NCBI GenBank assembly: GCA_964438025.1
Contig: CAYTIK010000001.1
Location: 1-45,556 of the forward strand
DNA length: 45,556 nt
Origin: an uncultured Bdellovibrionales bacterium
GTDB taxonomy: Bacteria > Patescibacteriota > Minisyncoccia > Moranbacterales > UBA2206
Direction: 5' to 3'
The notes under the pieces were generated by a model. The model worked only from the letters and a program-made list of their open reading frames with translations, did not search any database and was not told the origin of the DNA. A program made the position numbers and the translations under genes. Shown here one piece after another: positions 19,360 to 27,914 of this stretch (its first letter is position 1; the number at the start of each line of letters is the position of its first letter).

Positions 19360-19973
19360 TTACCTCCTTTCAAAATTATTTAAATCGTTTAACGCAATCT
19401 CAGCCGCTCCCGAAGAAACCAAAAATTGGGAAGAAATATGCCCTGCCAAATATGAATTTAGCGTTTTTCATCTATATTTTTAAGACTATGCTTTTTGCTA
19501 ACTTCTCTTAATACTTCCTGGCGCATTTTTAGCAATTCTTCTCTGGGCAATAAAAGATAATTGCCAAATTTATTGGCTTGGACCTCCAGATGTGAATATT
19601 CTTCCGCATCAATTTCATTTATAAAGTCTGCAATATCGGAAAAACTTGAAATTTTTAAATCTTTATAAAATTTTTCGTGCAAAATATAATGCCCCAACTC
19701 ATGCGCTAAAGAAAATCGGAATCGATTCGTGTCATTTTCATAATTTTTTTGATCGACATAAATCGCGGAAAAATCCGAAGTTATTTGTGCATCAACTCCA
19801 CATTGATCCATCAAATTCGGTATGGGTATTATTTTTATTTTCAGCTTGATTTCTATTATTTCTTCAATTTCCACAGGAATATCTTTGCCCCAAAATTTTA
19901 ACCTGAATTCATCCGCCTTGATCTTTATTTGATAATTTCCAATGAATGGAACAATTATGTTTTTGTAGTTCAT
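19360..19973 (-). pseudogene. ImmA/IrrE family metalloprotease with an apparent 1-nt frameshift near 19465
   Basis: RFSLAHELGHYILH and EVQANKF motifs; ORF stops at 19458, but adding one A to the A5 run continues TLNSYLAGHISSQFLVSSGAAEIALNDLNNFERR* to 19360. Confidence 0.8.
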
Positions 19974-19990
19974 TTCTCCTTAAATAATGC

Positions 19991-20374
19991 CTAAGCATTT
20001 TTGATTAAGCTAATTATTTTGTCTATATCTTCTTTGTCAGGTTTTTTATTTTTCAGCGTTCGAAAAAATGCCGGCAGAGCGGCTACTAATTCTCTTTCTT
20101 CCATAATTTCAAAGGGGATTATACCTTGAGAAACATTAGCTTGAAAAATAAAATTATCTAATTCTTTTTTATCTTTCTTGAGACCAAGTGTTTTAGCCCA
20201 TAATTCCAGTGTTTTTTTATCTGAAGGCGGAGCAATTTTTCCCCTTTCAATCTTGCTCCAATTGCTGGGATCATAATTGATTTTTCGGCACATTTCCCGC
20301 AAAGTGATTTCTTTTTTGATTCGAAGCTCATACAAAAGTTCTCCGAATTTTTTTAAATTTTCCTGCGTTTTCAT
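19991..20374 (-). CDS. XRE-family HTH regulator
   Basis: FGELLYELR...ITLREMC...SNWSKIERG. Confidence 0.9.
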   Translation of the reverse strand: MKTQENLKKFGELLYELRIKKEITLREMCRKINYDPSNWSKIERGKIAPPSDKKTLELWAKTLGLKKDKKELDNFIFQANVSQGIIPFEIMEERELVAALPAFFRTLKNKKPDKEDIDKIISLIKNA

Positions 20375-20397
20375 AAAGTTTATTTAATATTTATGCC

Positions 20398-20417
20398 TGT
20401 GGTATAATATTACCACA
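20398..20417. promoter_or_regulatory. Palindromic operator candidate for the XRE gene
   Basis: TGTGGTA-taatat-TACCACA overlapping the -10 region; minus-strand TTGACA near 20430. Confidence 0.6.
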
Positions 20418-20606
20418 CTAAGAAAAACTGTCAAGACTACAAAAAAAGCGGCTTATTACCGCTATTTTTCGTTATCCATAATTTCTATCCCTCAGCAATT
20501 TTTATTTCCCCCCAAGCGTAACCCAATTCCAATCTCGATAAACAAAAGTAAAATCCCGATAAGAATAAATAAAAATTTTTTCGAGATAATCATACGAGGT
20601 AAGTTT

Positions 20607-20642
20607 ACCCCGTAGCGTCCGCCGCGGACTGCTTCTGGGGTA
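20607..20642. repeat. REP-like palindrome
   Basis: taccccgtagc gtccgccgcggact gcttctggggta. Confidence 0.65.
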
Positions 20643-20647
20643 ACTAA

Positions 20648-20947
20648 TTACTTATTTTTCTTACGATTCTTAATCTTAAGCTGTTCTATCTTATTCTTTA
20701 AATAGCTGATGGTTTCAAATCCACCTCTTTCACGCATTTGGATTTCTTTAATAACCTTGTCTTTCATTTCTCTTGCTGTTTCCTTTTTGCGTTTTGCTTC
20801 AATAAATTCAGCATAAAATTCCGGATATTCTTCTTGCAATTTTTTCCGCCCAGCAATTACTTTGCCACTGGCGCCCTCCTGTGCCGCCAGCCTTTCCAGT
20901 CGAAACGCTTCGATAATAAACGGGTGATTTTTTAAAAGTTTTGTCAC
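20648..20947 (-). CDS. Hypothetical basic helical protein
   Basis: Co-oriented 99-aa ORF with GTG start; no family recognised. Confidence 0.55.
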   Translation of the reverse strand: MTKLLKNHPFIIEAFRLERLAAQEGASGKVIAGRKKLQEEYPEFYAEFIEAKRKKETAREMKDKVIKEIQMRERGGFETISYLKNKIEQLKIKNRKKNK

Positions 20948-20985
20948 AAGAAAGTGTTACTTAACTAATTACTGAACAAAATTTA

Positions 20986-21543
20986 TTATTTTAAATCCTC
21001 ATTCATTTTTTCAAATCCTTTTTCATCCAAATATCCACTTAGATCATAGCGTTTATTTTTAAAATCAAATGATTCTTTTTTGACTGGATTGACCCACAAA
21101 AAGAAATTATACATACTTCCTTTCCCAACTTTTTTAAATTTTCTGCACAATAATCTAAGTTTTTTTGTTGAAATTGTTATTATGTGTGGACTAATAATTC
21201 TTCTGCCAGCCTTTTTGTCTTCTTGAAGAACATAAATTAGAAAAATAAAATAATCCGCATTGTTCCTAAAAATTACATCTTTTTTAAAGAAAAACCACCC
21301 TGGAGATCCATCGCCGTATTTTATTACCTCGCTTTTTCTTGGTTCAAACGCTCTACTCCCCTTAACTTGCACTGTTAAAGACTTCTTATTGTTTATATTC
21401 ATTAAAATTAAATCGATGTCTTTCATTTGTGCATTAAGTGGCATAAAAACTTCAATGTTTTTAGTAGTTTCACTTCTCAATATCCCAGAAACAACTGCCT
21501 CATCAGTATTTAAGCTCCAAAAATTTTTATACGCTTTTCCCAT
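20986..21543 (-). CDS. PD-(D/E)XK nuclease-fold protein
   Basis: E...DIDLIL...TVQVKGSR. Confidence 0.7.
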   Translation of the reverse strand: MGKAYKNFWSLNTDEAVVSGILRSETTKNIEVFMPLNAQMKDIDLILMNINNKKSLTVQVKGSRAFEPRKSEVIKYGDGSPGWFFFKKDVIFRNNADYFIFLIYVLQEDKKAGRRIISPHIITISTKKLRLLCRKFKKVGKGSMYNFFLWVNPVKKESFDFKNKRYDLSGYLDEKGFEKMNEDLK

Positions 21544-21628
21544 AAATTTATTTTTCTCTGAATTTTGAAGTAAACGATTAATTACATAATTTTATGAGAA
21601 AATTATCAAATCTATTCTTCGATAGAAG

Positions 21629-22333
21629 TTATAAAAAAAATCTTTTAAATTTATCATATTTATCAAACGTTTCTTTTATTTGTTTTTTGTAATTATCAAA
21701 AACATCATCATACAAGACATCCGCTTTCCAATAAGTTAAACCAAGATCCTTGGGATTTACCCCGCTAAGCATTCCTTTATTATGTTGGCACCTTAAATGA
21801 TCAAAAAACAAATCTCTACAAAAACCACCACAAAAATTTTGGGTATAAATAAATGCTAAAAAATTATTTTTATTATTTACCTTATAAAATAAAGCATCTT
21901 TTTCTTTTTCCTTTCCATGCAAAATAGGAATGTATCTTTTATAATAACAATCTATATCTTCTTGAATTTCGCTTTTAATATTAATTAAAAACAAAAATAC
22001 TGGAAAATTAAACCCTTTCCAATAATTTAAGGTTTCTATCTTTATTTTAAAATCGCTTTTATATTCCGGCAGTAAATTTCGCCTGCTTTTTTCTTTTACA
22101 AGTTTAATTTTTTTATTTGTACGTGTTTTGACCTGTACTCCGAAAAGCAATTGGGTTGGTTTTTCTCCATAAACCCATTCACACAAAAAATCCAATCCAA
22201 CATCTTTCGAACTGTCAATTTTATGTGCAATTGCATATTTCGAAATTAAGCTTTCGAAAAATGCTTCTCCCTTATTTCCTATTTGCTTAGATTTTAAATA
22301 CTTAACCATACACACACTCTCCGAATTACACAT
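21629..22333 (-). CDS. DUF4365-like PD-(D/E)XK nuclease
   Basis: GNKGE...DVGLDFLCE...FGVQVKT...LNYW...PVFLFL; start may be ATG at 22309. Confidence 0.75.
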   Translation of the reverse strand: MCNSESVCMVKYLKSKQIGNKGEAFFESLISKYAIAHKIDSSKDVGLDFLCEWVYGEKPTQLLFGVQVKTRTNKKIKLVKEKSRRNLLPEYKSDFKIKIETLNYWKGFNFPVFLFLINIKSEIQEDIDCYYKRYIPILHGKEKEKDALFYKVNNKNNFLAFIYTQNFCGGFCRDLFFDHLRCQHNKGMLSGVNPKDLGLTYWKADVLYDDVFDNYKKQIKETFDKYDKFKRFFL

Positions 22334-22368
22334 TTAACCACTCTCCTGAAATTTAAAAATTTTAGGCG

Positions 22369-23163
22369 TTATTTTTTCTTACATGATTTAATAAACTCTT
22401 TTAGCAATAAAGCACTAAATGCAATCTGATTATTTTTTAAGTTAATAGTCGTTTCATATAGTGTTGGTTTTTTATTTTTTTTAATTAACCAAACAACACC
22501 ATCCAGTATGGCAATATGAATAGCTTTTTTACTTTTATGTTTAACAAATGAAATGCCTTCTCTAAAACTCTTATCCTGTGTTCCGCCACTCATACTAATA
22601 AATTTTGCTTCACCAATTATGAATTTATTGTCAATTTTCAACACAAGATCCAAGCCTTTTTGACCTTTATAGCCCAACTCTTCTTTCGCAAACTTCATCA
22701 AAGCCTCATCTCCACCGTCTAAAATGGCGATTTTTTTATTTTTTAAAAACTTATCTCTGGGTAAAACGGGATACCCTAACTTATGAAGATATTTTCTAAA
22801 CAGCTGACCAATCTGACGCGAAGGTGTTTTGGCTCTACTTGCTCCAATAATCAAATTATCAAATCCCATTTTAAATAACCTTTCGCCTATACGTTTAACC
22901 GTTTTAGGATTTTTATTAATTGCTTCTTTGTCTTTTCTTAAAAAACCAATATAAGGATCATCTATTGGAAATCTTTCAAGATCTAATAATATCAATATCA
23001 ATTCTTTGCTTTTTTTTCTAATTAATGCTTTTTTTATTTTTTCTTTTTCTTCTTCATTAATATTTCTCTCCAGCTCTAAATTAATAGGATATATATCTGA
23101 TAAATTATCAAGATATCCCCGAGAATTTGCTAGCAATATGCTTTTTTTAACCCATTCATTCAT
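22369..23163 (-). CDS. Tsp45I-family type II restriction endonuclease
   Basis: W..KSI.LAN..GYLD.L..IYP, FPIDDPY, NPKTV.RI, RQIG, KGLD...IGEAKF...GG.Q; family recognised from memory. Confidence 0.7.
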   Translation of the reverse strand: MNEWVKKSILLANSRGYLDNLSDIYPINLELERNINEEEKEKIKKALIRKKSKELILILLDLERFPIDDPYIGFLRKDKEAINKNPKTVKRIGERLFKMGFDNLIIGASRAKTPSRQIGQLFRKYLHKLGYPVLPRDKFLKNKKIAILDGGDEALMKFAKEELGYKGQKGLDLVLKIDNKFIIGEAKFISMSGGTQDKSFREGISFVKHKSKKAIHIAILDGVVWLIKKNKKPTLYETTINLKNNQIAFSALLLKEFIKSCKKK

Positions 23164-23205
23164 TTTATTAAAATAAAAATTTTTTAATTATAGTTTTGTT
23201 AAATT

Positions 23206-24360
23206 TTAAAATAGTGCTGATTGTCTTTTGGCATAATTTAAGTTATTAAGATATAAATAATTAATAAACTTATAAACGAAATCGAAGGAAATTCTTTTTC
23301 TGTTATTATCGCGGAAGTTGGTCAAAAATAAGGACAAATGTTTTTCTCTAGCTTCTTGGAGCTCTCTGTTAAAACACTCAATTAGTTTTTTTTGCTCACT
23401 AATAGATAGGGGGGTCTTAAACAGCAAATAAGCCATGTTTCTAGAAGAATTTTTGCCAATCAAGCCATAAACTTTATAGTCTCTTATATTTTCTAGCCGA
23501 ATTTTTTTGCCATTTTTACTATCTATCGCCCTGAGAAAGAGGATATTTTTTTCTACAGCTTTTTTAAACTGTTCATCTACCAGATGGTCTTCAACATTTT
23601 TTATGTTATTAAAAGCTAATTTAATTTTTATCGGCCCATCTTTAACATGATCTGCAGTTAATCTGTAGACGCCCAAAACATTTTTTACCGAATTGATTTT
23701 AGCCGCAAATTCACCACCGATTTGCCAACTATACGCTTCGGATAATTTTACTTTTATTTTATTTCCTTCTGGAAAAATGTAGGCATCAAAACTTATTTCG
23801 CTTCTATATTCTTTCTTTTTTCTATAGTAAAAAGAAATAACATTGTATGTGGTATCATCAAAAACTTGCTCCGTAAAGATATTAAGCCTCACGATATCAA
23901 ATTTTTCAAAAAATATTCTTCTTATTTTTTCAGAATTTTCAGCCGAAAGAAAATTAAGCGGAACAATCATTATTCCTTCTTCAGAATCAAGAATAGACAT
24001 TATGGATAATTGATATAAATCTTCAAAAATAGAGTTTCGGAAGTATTTATCCTTTGTTTGTTTATCCGCCTTGTTCACATTTAAATATGGCGGATTAGTT
24101 AAAACAAAGTTATATTTTTTAGGGGATAAAATACTATCATCTAAAAATACTTTTCTATTGTCCACGTGTTTTTTATCAATATCGTATCCGAAAATTTTTC
24201 CAACCTTATTATTTTTTGCCCATTGAATTAAGTCTCCCGCACCAACAAAAGGATCAACAACTATCTTGTTTTTTATAAATTTTTCAAAACCACATAAAAT
24301 ATTATCAGAATTTGTGGTAAAAAATTGTCCTAATTGTTTTTTCTTAATTATTGCGTTCAT
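23206..24360 (-). CDS. Gamma-class N6-adenine DNA methyltransferase
   Basis: LGQFFT, DPFVGAGDL before TNPPY, DLY, IVPLNFL. Confidence 0.88.
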   Translation of the reverse strand: MNAIIKKKQLGQFFTTNSDNILCGFEKFIKNKIVVDPFVGAGDLIQWAKNNKVGKIFGYDIDKKHVDNRKVFLDDSILSPKKYNFVLTNPPYLNVNKADKQTKDKYFRNSIFEDLYQLSIMSILDSEEGIMIVPLNFLSAENSEKIRRIFFEKFDIVRLNIFTEQVFDDTTYNVISFYYRKKKEYRSEISFDAYIFPEGNKIKVKLSEAYSWQIGGEFAAKINSVKNVLGVYRLTADHVKDGPIKIKLAFNNIKNVEDHLVDEQFKKAVEKNILFLRAIDSKNGKKIRLENIRDYKVYGLIGKNSSRNMAYLLFKTPLSISEQKKLIECFNRELQEAREKHLSLFLTNFRDNNRKRISFDFVYKFINYLYLNNLNYAKRQSALF

Positions 24361-24379
24361 TTTTATGTTGATATTATTT

Positions 24380-24433
24380 ATAGTGATATTATATCACTAT
24401 TTGTCAACCCCTAAAATCCCCTGCTGTGGATAA
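24380..24433 (-). promoter_or_regulatory. Palindrome and DnaA box upstream of the MTase/REase operon
   Basis: ATAGTGATA-tta-TATCACTAT (24380-24400), minus-strand TTGACA (24402-24407), TGTGGATAA (24425-24433). Confidence 0.7.
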
Positions 24434-24435
24434 CT

Positions 24436-24603
24436 TTATTTTTTACTCCGATAGTCGCGAATGATTAAACTGCCATTGGCTTTTTTCACCACTACTCTTT
24501 GTCTTTCGCGCCAGCCTAATTCCCTCACCATTTCAATCGGCAAGGTTAGGCCGATACTTCTTTTCCCAATCCTAGTTAATTTTCTAATTTCTTTATTTTT
24601 CAT
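24436..24603 (-). CDS. AbrB/MazE/SpoVT family DNA-binding protein (55 aa)
   Basis: RKLTRIGKRSIGLTLPIEMVRELGW; ATG at 24603 preferred because the longer ORF reads through repeats. Confidence 0.85.
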   Translation of the reverse strand: MKNKEIRKLTRIGKRSIGLTLPIEMVRELGWRERQRVVVKKANGSLIIRDYRSKK

Positions 24604-24605
24604 AT

Positions 24606-24642
24606 TGTTACTTACCTTGTTACGTAACAAGTTACGTAACAA
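24606..24642. promoter_or_regulatory. Tandem GTTACGTAAC palindromes, probable AbrB autoregulatory operator
   Basis: ttgttacgtaacaa (24617-24630) then gttacgtaac (24631-24640). Confidence 0.6.
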
Positions 24643-24650
24643 ATAATTTT

Positions 24651-24698
24651 CTGGATTCCCGCTGGAGTTTATACCCGCAAAGCGGGTGCGGGAATGAC
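24651..24698. repeat. REP-like element GTCATTCCCGC...GCGGGAATCCAG with inner hairpin
   Basis: ctggattcccgc tggagtttat acccgcaaagcgggt gcgggaatgac. Confidence 0.75.
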
Positions 24699-24730
24699 AA
24701 TACTTCATGCTCCCAATATTACTCCTAACG

Positions 24731-25690
24731 CTATCTTTTTAAAATCAGCAAAATCAGCCCAATCAGACGATCTTTATCTTTCGGATTACTTTCCGCCACC
24801 AATAAAGTCAAGGCGGTCAAAGCTTCCGGAGTCAATCGGCGGATATCCAAAATTTTGGCTTTTTGTAAAAACCACACAAAGGCAAAGGCCCCGCTTCTTT
24901 TATTGCCATCATTGAAAGGATGATTTTTAACCATAAAATATAAAAGATGCGCCGCTTTTTCTTCCAATGTCGGATAAAGATCTTTTCCGCCGAATGCTTG
25001 CAAGACATTGCCCAAGATTCCAGCCGCGCTATTCTTTCCTCTTTCTCTGCCGAATAATTCGCTTGCCACCTTTTTGGCAATCAATTCTTCCTTGAATTTC
25101 AGTAAGGCTTCAAAAAAACTAGCCGCCGTTATCCTCACCTGTTTTTTGGTGGCACCTGATTTGGGCAAGGATTCCTTGTCATAAGCCTCCAGTGAAAGCC
25201 AAGTCGAAGCGAACACTTTCATAAGTTCCAAAGCGTCCTCTGCTCCCACTTGCCCGCCAGCTGGCAAAAGTTTTTTCACATCTTCAACTGCCTGCAAAAA
25301 CATGGCATAATTTTTGGCCAACCGTTTTTTGTTGAGCGTATAGCCTTCCAAGATATGCTGGCGCAAAGTTTTGGTCGCCCATTGGCGGAATTGAATTGCT
25401 CTAACAGAATTTGTTCTATAGCCAACTGCCAAAATAACATCCAGATTATAGTATTGCACTTGATAGATTTTTCCATCCCTTGCAGTATGTGCAAAATTTG
25501 CACATACTGAATTTTTATCTAATTCCTTATCTTTTAGAATATTCCTAACATGTTTTGTAACAACGGATCGTTCAACATTAAAAAGACTGGCTATTTGCGC
25601 CTGGCTTGCCCACAAAGTTTCTTTTTTAAAATCTCCTTTAAATTCTATCGCTCCTGATTTATTTTGATAGATGATAATATCCTTTTTCAT
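24731..25690 (-). CDS. RhuM-Fic/Doc fusion protein
   Basis: ETLWASQAQIA, YNLDVILAVGYR..S..A..FRQWA (RhuM); HPFNDGNKRSG (Fic/Doc). Confidence 0.92.
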   Translation of the reverse strand: MKKDIIIYQNKSGAIEFKGDFKKETLWASQAQIASLFNVERSVVTKHVRNILKDKELDKNSVCANFAHTARDGKIYQVQYYNLDVILAVGYRTNSVRAIQFRQWATKTLRQHILEGYTLNKKRLAKNYAMFLQAVEDVKKLLPAGGQVGAEDALELMKVFASTWLSLEAYDKESLPKSGATKKQVRITAASFFEALLKFKEELIAKKVASELFGRERGKNSAAGILGNVLQAFGGKDLYPTLEEKAAHLLYFMVKNHPFNDGNKRSGAFAFVWFLQKAKILDIRRLTPEALTALTLLVAESNPKDKDRLIGLILLILKR

Positions 25691-25760
25691 ATTGTTTCAA
25701 GATTATAACAGTGTATAATATACCTCTATATTAGGCCAAAAAGGCTTAAAAATCAAACAA

Positions 25761-25790
25761 AAAACGGTGGGAAACATGGTCACCACCGTT
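25761..25790 (-). terminator. Intrinsic terminator
   Basis: aaacggtgg...ccaccgttt with A tract on the left. Confidence 0.6.
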
Positions 25791-25818
25791 TACAAACGAT
25801 CCGTTATTGGACACGAAT

Positions 25819-26559
25819 TCATGCATGCTTTTTTTTGAACTCATCATTCACCATTTCAATGATTACGGGATCAAAGAAATATCGCGGTTCTATCACGCCG
25901 ACATTGGGATCGCCAAGCAGCACAATCCCTGCCACAAAACTGACAGCCGCCAGATTTTCGCTTCCATAGTCACGCGCATAATCCGGAGAAATCAGGTAGA
26001 CAATATGCTTTTCCATTTTCGGATCATCGAAAGTTTTGGCCATACCACTTCGCTGATTTTCATTCGGCCAACTTTTGATCTTACCCACGAACGGGATCCG
26101 GAAAGAAGCTAGGCCTTCTCTGTATTTTTCCAGAGGCGCCATAATCGGAAAGGTAAATTGATAATTGAAAATGTTACCCTGATCGTATTCACCGAACCAT
26201 TGAAAAACTTCCGTCGCCTCTAGCTTGCCTTCTGCGGGTTTCAATCGCAATGTTGGACAAAAAACTTCTTCTTCGCAAATTTTGTACACGGGATCAATGG
26301 CGTATTTCTCATAGCCGGGCAAAACCGCACACGTCCCGCCGAGGGAAATTGGAACATCCACATTCCTGACCAGAAATTTCCAAGTCAGATCGTCATTGAC
26401 CTCTCCCCAGAGGCAATAATAGTCGTTGTAGCAAAACCAACGCTGGCCGCAGGCGGGACATTTAAATGTGTTGCTCTTTCCCGATTTGTATCCTCCAGGC
26501 GGAAAAAATGGTTCTTCCTTGTAACTATCCTCTACTTTTTCGCAATTAGGGCAAGCCAT
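25819..26559 (-). CDS. Hypothetical protein with N-terminal Zn ribbon
   Basis: CPNC...CPAC; SD GAGGAGG; promoter TTGACC-17-TAGTCT near 26700. Confidence 0.75.
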   Translation of the reverse strand: MACPNCEKVEDSYKEEPFFPPGGYKSGKSNTFKCPACGQRWFCYNDYYCLWGEVNDDLTWKFLVRNVDVPISLGGTCAVLPGYEKYAIDPVYKICEEEVFCPTLRLKPAEGKLEATEVFQWFGEYDQGNIFNYQFTFPIMAPLEKYREGLASFRIPFVGKIKSWPNENQRSGMAKTFDDPKMEKHIVYLISPDYARDYGSENLAAVSFVAGIVLLGDPNVGVIEPRYFFDPVIIEMVNDEFKKKHA

Positions 26560-26783
26560 AAGCACACCTCCTCTTTCTTTTTAGTTCGTATTGTTTTCTT
26601 TGAGTTATTATCACCCGTATTTGTCGCGTTTTGAAAAATTTTATATTTCTAACAAGCCTCGTAGAGCTTGTTTTGGTTGTAAATGAACTTCCAAGCAGAC
26701 TAGCAAAATTAAATACCTTGGTCAAGTATTGTTGCATAATTTAAAAGTCGAGGATCGTCCTCGACTCGCTAACCTGAATTGCC

Positions 26784-27284
26784 TTAGCGCAAGAATTTTT
26801 CCATTACATGCTCATCAATATACTTGCCCTTAAATTTCATTTCTTTGTGCAATGTTCCGGCGATTTTAAATCCCAGTTTTTTGTAGAGCTTTACGGCCGA
26901 AAGCCGGCCCGTGTTCACATTGAGATTTATTTTTTCAATTTCTGTATTTTTTGCAATTTCCACTAGCAATGCTTCCATAAGTTTTATGCTGACACCTTTC
27001 CCGCGATAACTTTTTCTCAAATACACTCCCCAAATATAGGCAATGTGTTTTAAGTTGACGCCTTTTTCCTGATAGGCGCCAGCCATACCGATTGCTTGGC
27101 CTTCATCGCAAACAACGACAGTTGGATTTTTGAGATTGGCTAGTTTTTGTTTCCATTCATCATCACTATGCGCAGCAGATTCCGCATAAGAACTGCCAAA
27201 AGCATCACCATCTTCTCTCAATGCTTCCAATCGCAAATCTTTAAGTTTTTTCCAATCTTTTGGAGTAAGCTTAAATATTTCCAT
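26784..27284 (-). CDS. GNAT family N-acetyltransferase
   Basis: IWGVYLRKSYRGKG, AVKLYKKLGF. Confidence 0.92.
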   Translation of the reverse strand: MEIFKLTPKDWKKLKDLRLEALREDGDAFGSSYAESAAHSDDEWKQKLANLKNPTVVVCDEGQAIGMAGAYQEKGVNLKHIAYIWGVYLRKSYRGKGVSIKLMEALLVEIAKNTEIEKINLNVNTGRLSAVKLYKKLGFKIAGTLHKEMKFKGKYIDEHVMEKFLR

Positions 27285-27300
27285 AAAATTTTTCCAAAAT

Positions 27301-27903
27301 TTATTCCTTGGCCACTTTTTTTATATCCTCCACAATTTCCGGAAAATGTTCTTGCAGAAAATGTCCGCGGTCTTTAAAAATGTGCAACTTGGCTTCCGGC
27401 AGTTCTTTTTGGTATTTTTCCGCTTCCGCGAAAGACACAAGCGGATCATCCTGGTTTTGATATAAGTGAATATTATCGCATTGCTCTTCAATATTTTTCA
27501 GCGGCTTCTTTAAATCGAAGCTAACCGAACCTTCCATATCCGAATGCGGCGCGGCCACCAAAAACAGCGCTTTAACTTTTTTCGGAAATTTATTTTCCGA
27601 TAAATACTTCGCTAAAAATATACCTCCCAGCGAGCCTCCTAGCAGGATAGTTCCATCTTCGACAAATGGAAATAATCTCTCAAACCAGATTTTCCATTCG
27701 GCATATTTGGCATTGTCCTGGCAAGGCATCCGTGGAATCAAGATTTCCCAGTCCGCGCCCAGCTCTTTCGATAAATTATTTTTCCAATTTTTCCGGGGAT
27801 AAAAATACTCCCGCGTCACTTCCCGATTTTTCAAATAATCCAGGTATTCTTCATGCGTGGCAAAAGCCTCCCCGCCGTGGATGATAATGATTTGTTTTGG
27901 CAT
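27301..27903 (-). CDS. RBBP9/YdeN-like alpha/beta hydrolase
   Basis: IIIHGG, GGSLGG nucleophile elbow, DDPLV, RGHF. Confidence 0.88.
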   Translation of the reverse strand: MPKQIIIIHGGEAFATHEEYLDYLKNREVTREYFYPRKNWKNNLSKELGADWEILIPRMPCQDNAKYAEWKIWFERLFPFVEDGTILLGGSLGGIFLAKYLSENKFPKKVKALFLVAAPHSDMEGSVSFDLKKPLKNIEEQCDNIHLYQNQDDPLVSFAEAEKYQKELPEAKLHIFKDRGHFLQEHFPEIVEDIKKVAKE

Positions 27904-27914
27904 AAAATTACTTC

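Noticed and set aside
20492-20593. 33-aa hydrophobic minus-strand ORF
   Set aside because: No SD or recognisable family; probably a remnant of a membrane-protein gene.
5423-24433. Replication origin
   Set aside because: DnaA boxes are isolated rather than clustered, and dnaA/dnaN are absent from the window.
24604-24708. N-terminal extension of the AbrB ORF in the track
   Set aside because: It is the translation of a REP and the operator palindromes; ATG at 24603 gives a normal-length protein.
19243-25690. Prophage or integrative element
   Set aside because: No integrase, transposase, structural genes or flanking att repeats were seen.
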